A stretch of DNA of 64,000 bases from an uncultured Spirochaetota bacterium (GTDB lineage Bacteria; Spirochaetota; Spirochaetia; SZUA-6; CAVTHK01), in contig CAVTHK010000016.1 in assembly GCA_963734495.1 (NCBI GenBank), positions 96,001-160,000 on the forward strand, given 5' to 3'. This document shows positions 1-9,762 of the stretch, in pieces. The notes under the pieces are model-generated. The model saw only the letters and a list, made by a program, of their open reading frames with translations. It was not told where the DNA came from and did not search any database. The position numbers were made by a program, and so were the translations under genes. The stretch's first letter is position 1, and each line of letters opens with the position of its first letter.

Positions 1-885
1 GAGGCCCTGTACCGCGCCCGCAACCTGCCCGAGCTCATCGAACCGGATCCCCTGGGCTTCGTCGTGCGCTGGCAGGACCCCGGCGACGTGGAGGTGGCCG
101 CCGTCGTTGCGGCAACGCTCGCGTACGGCCGGGTGTCGCAGATTCACGCCACGCTCACGCGGGTGTTCGGTCTCATCGGCACGCCTTCGCAGTACGTGGA
201 AAGCCACGGCCCGGCGCAGATCGCGGCTGATTTCCGGGGATTCAAGCACCGGTTCAACGACGGCGACGACGTGGCCGCGCTGCTGGTCGCGCTCGCGCGA
301 GCCCGCCGAAAGCACGGCTCCCTGCTCCGCTGCTTCCGCAGCCACGATGCGGCGGGGGCCGCGAGCCTCGTGCCCGCGCTCGGGGGCTTCGTCGATGAGC
401 TCGCGTCCCTGGCCGACCGGTCTCCGCCGTTTCTCCTCGCGCGGCCCGAGCGCGGCAGCGCCTGCAAGCGGTGGCACCTGTTCCTGCGCTGGATGGTGCG
501 GCGGGACGCGGTCGACCCCGGCCCCTGGCACGAGCTGGGGCCGCGGCGCCTTGTGGTCCCTCTCGACACGCACATGTACCGCATCGGCATCGCCCTGGGC
601 TTCACCGCGCGCCGATCCGCCGACCAGCGGACCGCGCTCGAGATCACCGAGGGGTTCCGGGAGATCTCACCCGAGGATCCGGTGCGCTACGACTTCTGCC
701 TCGCGCGCTCGGCGATGCGGGGCGAGCTCGCGCGATTCGGGATACCCGGCAGCCGCACTCGTGGAGAGTCGCGTGCGCACGCGGGGATGGAGTCGCGGGG
801 AGAATCGCGTGGGCGCGCTGGAACGGCGGCCCGCGGCAAATCGCGGCCGCGCAACAAATCGCGGCGCCCTCGGCTTGATCCGTGA
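1..885 (+). CDS. TIGR02757/DUF2400 family protein (5'-partial)
   Basis: Frame is open from base 1 (EALYRARNLPELIEPDPL...). Motifs LAYG, GFKHRF, SACKRWHLFLRWMVR, VPLDTH and DPVRYDF are typical of the family. Confidence 0.85.
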   Translation, partial: EALYRARNLPELIEPDPLGFVVRWQDPGDVEVAAVVAATLAYGRVSQIHATLTRVFGLIGTPSQYVESHGPAQIAADFRGFKHRFNDGDDVAALLVALARARRKHGSLLRCFRSHDAAGAASLVPALGGFVDELASLADRSPPFLLARPERGSACKRWHLFLRWMVRRDAVDPGPWHELGPRRLVVPLDTHMYRIGIALGFTARRSADQRTALEITEGFREISPEDPVRYDFCLARSAMRGELARFGIPGSRTRGESRAHAGMESRGESRGRAGTAARGKSRPRNKSRRPRLDP

Positions 886-1048
886 GCGACGAGCCTTTAT
901 ATTATGCGCGGCCCGCGGGAGCGGCGGTTCCCGGACCCGCCTGGGACAGGGAACAAGCCGATCGCGCGACGCTCGACTTCATCGACCGGATCGTCATGGA
1001 GCTCGACGCCCGACGGGCGGCCGCAGGTAACGGAAAAGGGAGGATGGG

Positions 1049-1207
1049 ATGAAGCGCTACGTCTGCCAGGTCTGCGGTTACGTCTACGATCCCGCAGTGG
1101 GCGATCCGGACAATGGAATCGCGGCCGGCACGGCGTTCGAGGACCTGCCCGACGACTGGGTGTGCCCGGACTGCGGGGCGTCAAAGGATCAGTTCGAGGA
1201 AGAGTAG
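1049..1207 (+). CDS. Rubredoxin (52 aa, absent from the ORF track)
   Basis: [52 protein letters not shown]: two CxxCG knuckles and [19 protein letters not shown] just upstream. Confidence 0.97.
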   Translation: MKRYVCQVCGYVYDPAVGDPDNGIAAGTAFEDLPDDWVCPDCGASKDQFEEE

Positions 1208-1293
1208 CAGCGCCGTTCACGCGGCCGCGGCGGGCGTGGCCGGGCAGCTCAGGCGGGCGGGGGAGACCGGCGCCTCGGCACCATGACCGCGCC

Positions 1294-1584
1294 CTACTGA
1301 TCCGCTTTGTGGTCGATCCTGTCGCGATGCGCGTCGCACAGGCGGTAGAGACGCCCCGTCCGCGGGTTGCGGCTCGTCACCCTGTTTCCGCAGATAACGC
1401 ACAGCCCCTGGTCGCGTCGCCGTCGGTACAGCCGTGAGAACCTCTCCGCGCCCGAAGCCCGGAACTTGCTGATCTGGACGCGGAGCCCGCGAAACAGGTA
1501 CGTCCCGATAGACTGCTCGGAGCCTTCCTTGAGATTGTCCAGAATCCCTTTGAGCCTGTCCGTGGTCAGTCTGCGGGGTTCCAT
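1294..1584 (-). CDS. Small basic hypothetical protein with a C-terminal CxxC...CxxH putative Zn finger
   Basis: 96-aa ORF containing CVICG...LCDAH; exact TATAAT and an AGGAGG upstream on the minus strand. Confidence 0.7.
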   Translation of the reverse strand: MEPRRLTTDRLKGILDNLKEGSEQSIGTYLFRGLRVQISKFRASGAERFSRLYRRRRDQGLCVICGNRVTSRNPRTGRLYRLCDAHRDRIDHKADQ

Positions 1585-1730
1585 GATTTGTGCCGGCGCC
1601 TCCTGATCCTGCTCCCGATTATAGTGCAGGGCCGCGGACGATTGCCAACACGACGGCCCAAGACGCGACGGCGGACGCCGGGCAAGCCCGGCCAGCGCCG
1701 GCCAAGCCCAGCTAAACGCTGGGCTAAGCG

Positions 1731-1759
1731 TTGACCGTTTCGCGGTTCGTTATTAGACT
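1731..1759 (+). promoter_or_regulatory. sigma70-type promoter of def operon
   Basis: TTGACC-N17-TAGACT, ending 8 nt before the def ATG. Confidence 0.6.
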
Positions 1760-1767
1760 CCTTCCGC

Positions 1768-2259
1768 ATGCAAATAGTGACTCTGGGCCATCCCATCCTG
1801 CGCCGCCAATCGGAAGCCGTCGCGGACATCGACGGCACGCTCGAGCGCTTCGTTCAGGAGATGATCGAGGCGATGCACGCCGGCCGGGGGATCGGCCTGG
1901 CCGCCGTCCAGGTCGGAAGCCTCATCCGCGTGTTCGTGACGCACGTGCCGGACGACGAGCCGCGCGTGTTCATCAACCCTCAGATCGTCGAGACGTCGGT
2001 CGACCAGTGGAAATATGAAGAAGGCTGCCTCAGCATCCCCGGCCTGAACGCCGACGTGGTGCGGCCCGCCGCAGTCAAGGTGCAGGCGTGGAACGCCAAG
2101 GGCCGGCCGTTCACGATCGACGTCGAAGGCCTGCTCGGCCGCGTCATCCAGCACGAGTACGATCACCTCGACGGGGTGTTGTTCGTCGACCGCATCTCGA
2201 AGGCCAAGCGCGAGCGCCTGCTCAAGGGGTACGACCCGCAGAAAGCCCTCGCGCGATGA
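1768..2259 (+). CDS. def: Peptide deformylase
   Basis: GIGLAAVQ, EGCLS and QHEYDH motifs. Confidence 0.97.
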   Translation: MQIVTLGHPILRRQSEAVADIDGTLERFVQEMIEAMHAGRGIGLAAVQVGSLIRVFVTHVPDDEPRVFINPQIVETSVDQWKYEEGCLSIPGLNADVVRPAAVKVQAWNAKGRPFTIDVEGLLGRVIQHEYDHLDGVLFVDRISKAKRERLLKGYDPQKALAR

Positions 2260-3197
2260 GGGTGCTCTTCGCCGGCACCCCGGAGATCGCAGTTCCGGCC
2301 CTGGCGAAGGTGGCGACAGCACACGAGGTTTGCGCGGTTCTCACCAATCCATCGCGCGAGGCGGGCAGGAAGAGGCGCGAGACCGCCCCGCCCGTGCAGG
2401 CCGCGGCCGAGGCGGCGGGCCTGCCGGTGCTCCAGCCCGAGCGCCTCGATGCCGCTGTCCGCGGCCGCGTGAGCGATCTGCGCCCCGACGTGCTGGTCGT
2501 CGTCGCGTACGGCCGCATCTTCGGGCCCAGGTTCCTCGCGCTGTTTCCGCGCGGCGGCATCAACCTTCATCCTTCACTTCTTCCTCTTTACCGGGGGCCA
2601 TCGCCCATCCAGGCAGCGCTGCTGGCGGGCGACACCGAGACGGGCGTCAGCATCCAGCGGCTGGCCGCCGAGGTGGACGCAGGCGACGTGCTCGCGCAGG
2701 CGCGCGTCGCGATCGGCGAGCACGAGACGGCGGTGGAGCTCTCGGCGCGGATGGCTGGGATCGGCGCGGCGCTGCTCCTCGACGTGCTCGAGCGGATGGC
2801 GGCGGGCCCGGTCGAAGGGCGGCCGCAGGACCCGGCGCTCGCGACCTTCTGCCGCCTCATCGAGAAGGATGACGGCCTGGCCCGCTGGAGCGACAGCGCG
2901 CGGGCGATCTACAACCGCTACCGCGCTTTTCAGCCCTGGCCGGGGCTGTTCACCACGTTCCGGGGGCAGCAGCTCGGGATCCAGGGCTGCCGGCCGGCGG
3001 ACGACGCGGCGGTGATCTCGACCGGCCCGCCGGGGCGTGTGGTCTCCATGGACAGGGCCAGCGCGCTTCTGGTACAAACAGGGTCTGGGCTGCTTCGCGT
3101 GACTGAGTTGCAGCTCCAGCAGAAGAAGGCGATGGACGCGAAGAGCTTTGTCAACGGGCACCGCGACATCCTGGGCGCAGTCCTGGGAGGTGAGTGA
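2256..3197 (+). CDS. fmt: Methionyl-tRNA formyltransferase
   Basis: MRVLFAGTPE, VVAYG and NLHPSLLPLYRGPSPIQ; ATGA overlap with def. Confidence 0.97.
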   Translation: MRVLFAGTPEIAVPALAKVATAHEVCAVLTNPSREAGRKRRETAPPVQAAAEAAGLPVLQPERLDAAVRGRVSDLRPDVLVVVAYGRIFGPRFLALFPRGGINLHPSLLPLYRGPSPIQAALLAGDTETGVSIQRLAAEVDAGDVLAQARVAIGEHETAVELSARMAGIGAALLLDVLERMAAGPVEGRPQDPALATFCRLIEKDDGLARWSDSARAIYNRYRAFQPWPGLFTTFRGQQLGIQGCRPADDAAVISTGPPGRVVSMDRASALLVQTGSGLLRVTELQLQQKKAMDAKSFVNGHRDILGAVLGGE

Positions 3198-3198
3198 G

Positions 3199-4227
3199 AT
3201 GCGCGAGATCGTCGAGAGGATGCGCAAGCTGCTGCCCCGGCGCCAGGATCGCGTCGAGGAGCGGCACTTCAAGGTGACGGTGCTGCTCGTTCTCGGGGCC
3301 GTGCTCGCGATGCTGACCATTGCGCTGGTCACGTTTGGCGTGACCATCAAGGGCACGGAGCAGGTGCTGGTCCCCGACGCGGTCGGCGGCGATGGCCACA
3401 GGCTGGACCTCGTCTCCGCCATGGTCAAGCTGCAGGAAAAGGGACTGTACGCGAGAGTGCAGCTGCGCCACTCCTCGAGCCTGCCCAAAGGCATCGTCAT
3501 GGACCAGCGGCCGCGCGCCGGCGCCGTGGTCAAGGCCGGCCGCCGGGTCGTGCTCACCGTGAGCCGCGGCCCCGTGGTGGAGCAGATCGGCAACTACGTG
3601 AAGAAAGACCTCGCCGTGCTCCGCGCCGAGCTGCAGTCGCTGTTTCCGGGCGACGAGGAGCGGCTGATCCAGGTCCGTGACCCCGTGATGTTCGTCTACA
3701 ACGAAGCCGACCCCGGGACGATCCTCCGCCAGAGCCCCGCCCCTGGCACGCAGGTGCGCGAGGGCGAAGTCACCTACCTCGACCTGGTCGTGAGCCGTGG
3801 CCCCCAAGGCAAAGTCTTCGCGACCGCCAACTACCTCGGCAAGGCGTTCGACCAGATCATGAACGATCTCGCGCAGGCGGGCCGCCCGTTCACGTTCTCG
3901 GTGCGCAAGCCTCAGGGCAACGAGGCCGGCGGCGTCGTGGTCAAGCAGATCCCCGCGCCTGGCGAGGACGCTCCGGAGAACACGGTCATGCTCCTCACGA
4001 TCACGGAGCCCAAGAAGGTCGACAAGGGCAAGGTGTTCGGGGTCTTTACCGCGGAGATCGTCCGCTACCCGATCCTCGTCAAGATGGATCTCGTGGAGCG
4101 CACCAAGGGCGGCGACCGCGTCATTGTGTCGATGCGCCACCCGGGCGGCCAGATCGGGATTCCGTACATCATGGACGAAGACTCCCAGCTCGTCTTCTAC
4201 GTCAACGGCCAGGAGTGGAAGAAGTAA
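3199..4227 (+). CDS. PASTA domain-containing membrane protein
   Basis: N-terminal TM helix followed by three PASTA-like repeats (QRPRAGAVVK..VVLTVSRG; QSPAPGTQV..LVVSRG; QIPAPGE); lies directly after fmt. Confidence 0.85.
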   Translation: MREIVERMRKLLPRRQDRVEERHFKVTVLLVLGAVLAMLTIALVTFGVTIKGTEQVLVPDAVGGDGHRLDLVSAMVKLQEKGLYARVQLRHSSSLPKGIVMDQRPRAGAVVKAGRRVVLTVSRGPVVEQIGNYVKKDLAVLRAELQSLFPGDEERLIQVRDPVMFVYNEADPGTILRQSPAPGTQVREGEVTYLDLVVSRGPQGKVFATANYLGKAFDQIMNDLAQAGRPFTFSVRKPQGNEAGGVVVKQIPAPGEDAPENTVMLLTITEPKKVDKGKVFGVFTAEIVRYPILVKMDLVERTKGGDRVIVSMRHPGGQIGIPYIMDEDSQLVFYVNGQEWKK

Positions 4228-4298
4228 GGTTGAAGGAAGGCGGGCGCGGCCGGCGCGCCGTCGGCCGCGGTGCGCCGGCGGCGCGCCGCGATTTCGCG

Positions 4299-4327
4299 TT
4301 GACAGCGGCCCCGGCGTCTGTTATCGT
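4299..4327 (+). promoter_or_regulatory. sigma70-type promoter of tRNA-Gly
   Basis: TTGACA-N17-TATCGT with extended -10 TG. Confidence 0.7.
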
Positions 4328-4339
4328 AAAGTCAGTTTC

Positions 4340-4411
4340 GCGAGCGTAGTATAATGGTTATTACGCGGGCTTCCCAAGCCTGAGACGAGGGTTCGATTCC
4401 CTTCGCTCGCT
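4340..4411 (+). tRNA. tRNA-Gly (CCC), CCA not encoded
   Basis: Acceptor stem GCGAGCG/CGCTCGC; anticodon arm CGGGC-TTCCCAA-GCCTG; T arm GAGGG-TTCGATT-CCCTT; discriminator T. Confidence 0.96.
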
Positions 4412-4418
4412 GATAAGT

Positions 4419-4457
4419 AAGCCCCGATGGGATAAGGTCCCATCGGGGCTTTTCTTT
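4419..4457 (+). terminator. Rho-independent terminator after tRNA-Gly
   Basis: AAGCCCCGATGGGA-taagg-TCCCATCGGGGCTT perfect 14-bp stem followed by a T-rich tail. Confidence 0.85.
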
Positions 4458-4673
4458 CCGAGGACGGTCACTGCCCACGTGCGCCGGCGCCGTGTCTGAC
4501 TTCACATTCGACTTGAGTGAGTCTACCGGAATTGCCGACAAGGATCCTGGCCGCGATCCAGCACGTGCTTCAAGCACTCGTGGGCAGTTCTGCCATGACC
4601 AGGCGGCAACGGCGCAGGTCACTGCACCGGGTATGGACCAGACTGGAAGCGGCGGACGTATCTGTGGTATCTG

Positions 4674-5084
4674 CTACTGATTCAAACCGGGCCGACGCAC
4701 GAGGTCGCTCGGAGTGATAACGCGCGCAGTCCCGTAGGTGCGGGCAGGGAAATGTTTCACGTTTCCAGTCACGAGGAACTGCGCTGCGCCGGCGATGGCA
4801 GCCTCCGCGAACGGACGGTCGCCGTCATCAGGGAGTCTGAGTTGAGTCGGGCGTGCCGCTACGGGCATACCGGCGGCCTCGATGTGGTCCATTAGCGTTG
4901 CCACGAGGCGGGGATCGAAACGAAATCGACGTCGGGCCAGGACGGCGCGATACTCTGCCAGGATCCTGGCGTCGTAGCACACCTGCAGATCTCCAACCGA
5001 GATCATCCGCAGGATCTCTGCCGGAGGCCCAAAGGGTGAGAGCAGCCCTGATACGAGTACGTTTGTATCCAGCACGATCTTCAC
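4674..5084 (-). CDS. PIN-domain (VapC-like) toxin
   Basis: IVLDTNVLVSG, ILAEY, PDDGDRPF and LVTGN PIN motifs; overlaps the antitoxin stop. Confidence 0.9.
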   Translation of the reverse strand: MKIVLDTNVLVSGLLSPFGPPAEILRMISVGDLQVCYDARILAEYRAVLARRRFRFDPRLVATLMDHIEAAGMPVAARPTQLRLPDDGDRPFAEAAIAGAAQFLVTGNVKHFPARTYGTARVITPSDLVRRPGLNQ

Positions 5085-5371
5085 TTGCGACGCTGCCTGC
5101 GCCTGACGGCGCGTACTTCCGTCTCGATGTCGCGTGAAGTCAGCTTGTCGGTCCCCAGGCGCAGAGATCTCGTCTGGAGTGCACTGACGGCCCGGATGGC
5201 TCTGGCGGTGCGCAGCGCAGCCAGGTTGTCTTCAAGCTGATCGCCTGAGGTAGGGGTTAGGATGGCGACAGGCTTGCCGTTGGAGGTGATTACGACCTCG
5301 TTGTCCTTGCGCAGGCCCTGGAAGACCCTCGCGGCTCGGCTGCGAAACTCTCGCACTCCTATGAAACGCAT
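5081..5371 (-). CDS. Phd/YefM family antitoxin
   Basis: MRFIGVREFRS...EVVITSNGKPVAIL; lies directly upstream of the PIN toxin. Confidence 0.9.
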   Translation of the reverse strand: MRFIGVREFRSRAARVFQGLRKDNEVVITSNGKPVAILTPTSGDQLEDNLAALRTARAIRAVSALQTRSLRLGTDKLTSRDIETEVRAVRRRQRRK

Positions 5372-5402
5372 ATGCGCCTCCAATCGGTTACCGGAAAGGT
5401 AC

Positions 5403-5436
5403 ATAGGATGTTACCGTCTCCTATCGCCGAAGTCAA
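5403..5436 (-). promoter_or_regulatory. TA operon promoter with overlapping inverted repeat
   Basis: TTGACT-N17-TAACAT on the minus strand; ATAGGA-N10-TCCTAT palindrome across the -10. Confidence 0.55.
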
Positions 5437-5888
5437 CTGCGGGCGGCCCATAGGGGAAAAGGTCGCGAACAATAATGTAGAGCGAACGATACTCCTGCGT
5501 GAAACGCGAGGAGAAGCAGTACTTCGCACCGGACAACTCGACGGCAGATCTTTACGCCACGGTCTGGTCGCCGGCCGCTGTCAGCCGCAGCCAGACGACC
5601 CGCAGGGGCGTGAGCGACGGCCCGCGGTAAGTCCGACAAACCGGTGAGCAACGGCGGGTAGAACAGGAGCGAAGGCGCGAGCCTGGAACTGGAAAAGGGT
5701 ATACACTGATGAAGACGGATGATCTGATGCCTTTGAGCAGATACAGTCTGCGCTGAGGATCGTTCGGTCGCTGACGACTGAGAGTCAGCAAAAGCGTTGG
5801 GCGGGCGGCCCGACAATGCGGCGCGCGCGACGGTCCGGGCGCTCGAGAGCGTGCAGACCGCACCGCGTGCGCGCTGGAGGAGAACGAG

Positions 5889-6080
5889 ATGGGCGACGGC
5901 AACAGGGGCGGAGGCGCCACGGCGGGCGCGGGCGCGGTATACGGGCTCGGCTTCATCGGAGCGGCCGTCTACTTCATCGGCCACGCTTCGACGTTCTGGA
6001 TCGGTGTGCTCGGCTTTCTCAAAGCGCTCGTGTGGCCTGGCTTCGTGGTCTACGCGCTCATGAAGCACCTGGGCATGTGA
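5889..6080 (+). CDS. Small two-helix membrane protein
   Basis: 63 aa, hydrophobic (VYGLGFIGAAVYFI...LKALVWPGFVVY); GGAGGA SD. Confidence 0.75.
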   Translation: MGDGNRGGGATAGAGAVYGLGFIGAAVYFIGHASTFWIGVLGFLKALVWPGFVVYALMKHLGM

Positions 6081-6372
6081 GCCGCGTCGCGATGTCGCCG
6101 CGGCCGCCATGGCGCGCCGGCCGTTGACTGCCTTCACCCTGATCAGACCTTGAAAATGAAGGTCGGGACCCGCCCACCTCGCGCGCCGCCCACTTCACGC
6201 CCTGCGCGCGTATCTCGCGGCCCGGACCGTCGTCCGGCCCGCAGCACCGACGCGGTTGAAGTACTCGACCGCCGAGCGGGGTGGGTCAAGACAATTCGGT
6301 GTGATTGGCGAAACTCAGTAACAAGAATGTATGGAAGTGAAGGCGTCCCCGGCCCGCTCTGGTCGCTGCGGA

Positions 6373-6877
6373 TCAACTTGCAGGTGCGCCGCCGGCTCTC
6401 TGGTCGGCCGCAAGGCGCTTCACCATCAGGATTTCCGCGATCCCGCGGACCGCAAAATCGGGAAGCTCGCCGCGCCGCCTGTAGCCGTGCTTCTCGTAGA
6501 AGGCGATGGCGCCCGCGTTGAAGTCGGAGACGAGAAGGCAGTAGTCGCGCCCCACCTGGGCGGTGCGCCGCTCGAACTCGGCGAGCAGGGCGGCGCCGAC
6601 GCCGCGGCCTCGCTCTTCGCGCCGCACCGCGATCAGCTTGAGGTATGGCGCCATCGAGAACGCGCCGTGCGGCTCGACCCACGCGAAGCCGAGCACGCGG
6701 CTCTGCGACCTCGGCGACGACGAGCTCCGGCCCGGCGATGGCCATCGCGCGCGACAGGTTCGCTTCCATCGTGGCAGCGACGAAACCGTAGCGCTCGCCG
6801 ATCTCTGAGTCGCAGGCGATGCGCGCGCACTCGCCAATGTCGCGCGGCTCCATGGACCGAATGGTGACCTTCATCAT
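6373..6877 (-). CDS. GNAT family N-acetyltransferase (one frameshift near 6700)
   Basis: MKVTIRSME...VVAEVAE, then in another frame [23 protein letters not shown]...[13 protein letters not shown]. Confidence 0.85.
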
Positions 6878-7879
6878 GATTCTCCGTAGAGAAGGCAGGC
6901 GACCTCGTGCCCCGCCTCGACCTCGCGAAGGATCGGCGTCACCGTCGCGCATCGCGGCATCGCCTCGGGGCACCGCTCGCGGAAGGGACAGCCCGCACGC
7001 TCGGCCGACGGCGAAGGCACGTCCCCTTTCAGGATGATGCGCTTGCGCGCGCGCTCCTTTTGCGGGGTCGGGCACGGGGACGGCTGAGAGCAGCGCCCTG
7101 GTGTATGGGTGCAGGGGCGAGCGGTTCAGGCTCGCGGCGCCGGCGGTCTCGACGATCCTGCCGAGGTACATGACCGCGATCCTGTCGCAGAAATACTCGA
7201 TGACCGCGAGGTCGTGGGCGATCAGGAGAAAGGTGAGGCCGAGCTCCTTCTGCAGGTCCTTGAGGAGGTTGAGGATCTGCGACTGGATCGACACGTCGAG
7301 GGCGCTCACGGGCTCGTCGGCCAGGATCAGCTTCGGGCCGAGCGCCAGTGCGCGGGCGATGCCGATTCGCTGCCGCTGCCCGCCGGAGAACTCGTGGGGA
7401 TAGCGTCCCGCGAAGGAGGCGGGGAGGCCGCAGCGCTCCATGAGCGACAGTGTCCTCTCTGTGATCGTCTCCGTCGTGGCGTCGATGATCCCACGCCGCG
7501 CGTAGATGCGCAGGGGCTCGGCGACGATGTCGGCTGCGCGCATGCGCGGGTCCAGCGACGAGTAGGGGTCCTGAAAGATGATCTGGAACCCCATGCGCGC
7601 CTCGCGCAGGCGGGCAGGCGGCAGCGAGCCGAGGGTCCTGCCCTCGAAGAGCACCTCGCCGGATGTCGCGGGCTGGAGCTGCGCGATGGCCATGGCGGTG
7701 GTGGACTTGCCGCAGCCCGACTCGCCGACGAGGCCGAGCGCCTCGCCCCGCCGCACGCGGAAGCTCACGCCGTCGACCGCGCGCACGGAACCGACGCGTC
7801 GCTTGAGGATGATCCCCCTCTCTATCGGGAAGTGGACCTTGAGGTCCCTGACTTCGAGGAGCGTGTCGGCTTCAGCCAT
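6874..7879 (-). CDS. Peptide-type ABC transporter ATP-binding protein, OppF/DppF-like (frameshift near 7055)
   Basis: [17 protein letters not shown] and DEPVSALD; the C-terminal GCPF...HEVAC continues in an alternate frame. Confidence 0.9.
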
Positions 7880-8924
7880 CGCTGCGCTCCGTCGCGTCGG
7901 AGACGTGGAGCCAGCAGCTCACCGTTCTCGGGGCGCGGCCCTTCAGTCTTGTCTCCGGTGGATATTCCCTGGCGCAGACGTCCATCGCTTTGGGGCAGCG
8001 CGGCTGGAAGGGGCAGCCCGGGGGCATGTCGACCAGATCCGGCGGCGAGCCGGGGATCGAATAGAGCCTGTCCGAGCCGGAGCGGTCGACCCTCGGTATC
8101 GAGTCGAGGAGGGCCCTCGTGTACGGGTGCCTGGGGTCGTAGAACAGATCGTCGACCTGGGCGCGCTCGACGATGCGGCCCGCGTACATGACGCACACCG
8201 CGTCGCACATGCCCGCCACCACGCCGAGATCGTGGGTGATCATGATCACAGCCGTGCTGTCTCTGCTCGACATGCTGCGGATGAGCTCGAGGATCTGGGC
8301 CTGGATCGTCACGTCGAGGGCGGTCGTCGGCTCGTCGGCAATGAGGATGTCCGGCTTGCAGCTCAGGGCCATTGCGATCATGACGCGCTGCTGCATGCCC
8401 CCGGAGAACTGGTGCGGGTAGTCGTTGGCGCGACGCTCGGCGTCGGGGATGCCCACGGCCTTGAGCAGCTCGACGGCCGTGGCGCGCGCGGCTCGCCTGC
8501 CGAGGCCGTGATGGAGACGGATCGCTTCGGCTATCTGGACCCACACGCGGAGCACGGGGTTGAGCGAGGTCAGCGGGTCCTGGAAGATCATCGATATGCT
8601 GCCGCCCCTGACGAGGCGGAGCTGCTCCTCGTCGAGCGCGAGCAGGTCGCGCTCGAGGGAGTCGCGGCCGCGGTAGATCACCCTGCCGGCGGCGATCCTG
8701 CCCGGCGGATCGGGCACGAGCCTCAGCACCGAAAGGTTCGTGACGGTCTTGCCTGAGCCGGATTCGCCCACGAGGCCCAGGGTCTCGCCGCGGCGCAGCT
8801 CGAACGAGATCCCGTCGACGGCCCTGACCGTTCCCCGGTCCGTGCGGAAGCGCGTGACCAGGCCTTCGACCCGGAGGATGGGGGAGTCGGCGGGCGCGGG
8901 GGCGTGGACGGTGGGGTCGCTCAT
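7872..8924 (-). CDS. Peptide-type ABC transporter ATP-binding protein, OppD/DppD-like
   Basis: [24 protein letters not shown] and GCPFQPRC. Confidence 0.93.
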   Translation of the reverse strand: MSDPTVHAPAPADSPILRVEGLVTRFRTDRGTVRAVDGISFELRRGETLGLVGESGSGKTVTNLSVLRLVPDPPGRIAAGRVIYRGRDSLERDLLALDEEQLRLVRGGSISMIFQDPLTSLNPVLRVWVQIAEAIRLHHGLGRRAARATAVELLKAVGIPDAERRANDYPHQFSGGMQQRVMIAMALSCKPDILIADEPTTALDVTIQAQILELIRSMSSRDSTAVIMITHDLGVVAGMCDAVCVMYAGRIVERAQVDDLFYDPRHPYTRALLDSIPRVDRSGSDRLYSIPGSPPDLVDMPPGCPFQPRCPKAMDVCAREYPPETRLKGRAPRTVSCWLHVSDATERSDG

Positions 8925-8929
8925 GGCCT

Positions 8930-9760
8930 CTACCTCACGTTCCTCAGGCGGGGATCCAGGATGTCTCTGAGCCCGTCGCCCAGGAGGTTGAAGCCGAGGA
9001 CCAGGAAGACGATGGCCAAGCCCGGATAGACGGCCGTCCACGGCGCGAGCATCATCAGCTTCCGCGCCGAGGCGAGCATGTTGCCCCAGGATGGGTAGGG
9101 AGGCTGAATGCCGAGGCCGAGAAAGCTCAGCGCCGACTCGAGGAGTATGGCCACGGACAGCGACAGCGAGACCTGCACGATGAGCGGGACCGCGATGTTC
9201 GGGAGCAGGTGGCGAAAGAGCACCCCGGCCGGGCTCGCCCCGTTGGAGAACGCGGCTCGCACGAAATCCTGCGACTTGATCGAGAGGATCGCCCCCCTGC
9301 TCACGCGCGCGAATTGAGGGATGTAGACGATCCCGATCGCCAGGATCACGTTGTAGGTGTTCTCGCCGAGGACGGCCATTACAAAGATGGCGAGAAGAAG
9401 CGAGGGGAAGGAAAACAACACGTCAGCGACGCGCATGATCCAGTGGTCCCAGCGCCCCCCGAGAAAGCCGGCCCAGATGCCCATGACCGTGCCGACGATT
9501 GCGCCCAGTGCCGTTGCCCCGAGGCTGATGAGCAGCGACACGCCGCAGCCCTTCATGATGCGGGACAGCATGTCCCGCCCGAACTCATCGGTGCCGAGCA
9601 GGTGACCGCTGGCCAGCGAGGGAGGCTCCAGGATGCGCTGGAGATCCATCTTGACGGGATCGAACGGCAGCCAGAAAAAGGAGAGCAGAATCACCGCCAG
9701 GTAGGCACCGACCAGGGCGAGCCCGGTCACCGCTATCGGGTTGCGGAGAAGGCGCGACAT
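8930..9760 (-). CDS. Peptide-type ABC permease (OppC/DppC-like)
   Basis: [18 protein letters not shown] and [10 protein letters not shown]. Confidence 0.92.
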   Translation of the reverse strand: MSRLLRNPIAVTGLALVGAYLAVILLSFFWLPFDPVKMDLQRILEPPSLASGHLLGTDEFGRDMLSRIMKGCGVSLLISLGATALGAIVGTVMGIWAGFLGGRWDHWIMRVADVLFSFPSLLLAIFVMAVLGENTYNVILAIGIVYIPQFARVSRGAILSIKSQDFVRAAFSNGASPAGVLFRHLLPNIAVPLIVQVSLSLSVAILLESALSFLGLGIQPPYPSWGNMLASARKLMMLAPWTAVYPGLAIVFLVLGFNLLGDGLRDILDPRLRNVR

Positions 9761-9762
9761 CG

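Noticed and set aside
750-885. Repeated (G/M)ESR / KSR units at the end of the TIGR02757 gene
   Set aside because: Short low-complexity tail without a regular repeat-spacer structure.
4391-4411. attL/attR duplication of the tRNA-Gly 3' end
   Set aside because: No second copy and no integrase seen in this window.
5790-5880. Possible integron attC site (GTTGGGC / GCCCGAC)
   Set aside because: No properly spaced R/L boxes, no array and no intI; too degenerate.
6143-7879. 578-aa ABC ATPase-GNAT 'fusion'
   Set aside because: Produced by indels near 7055 and 6700; the corrected frames give two genes with an ATGA overlap.
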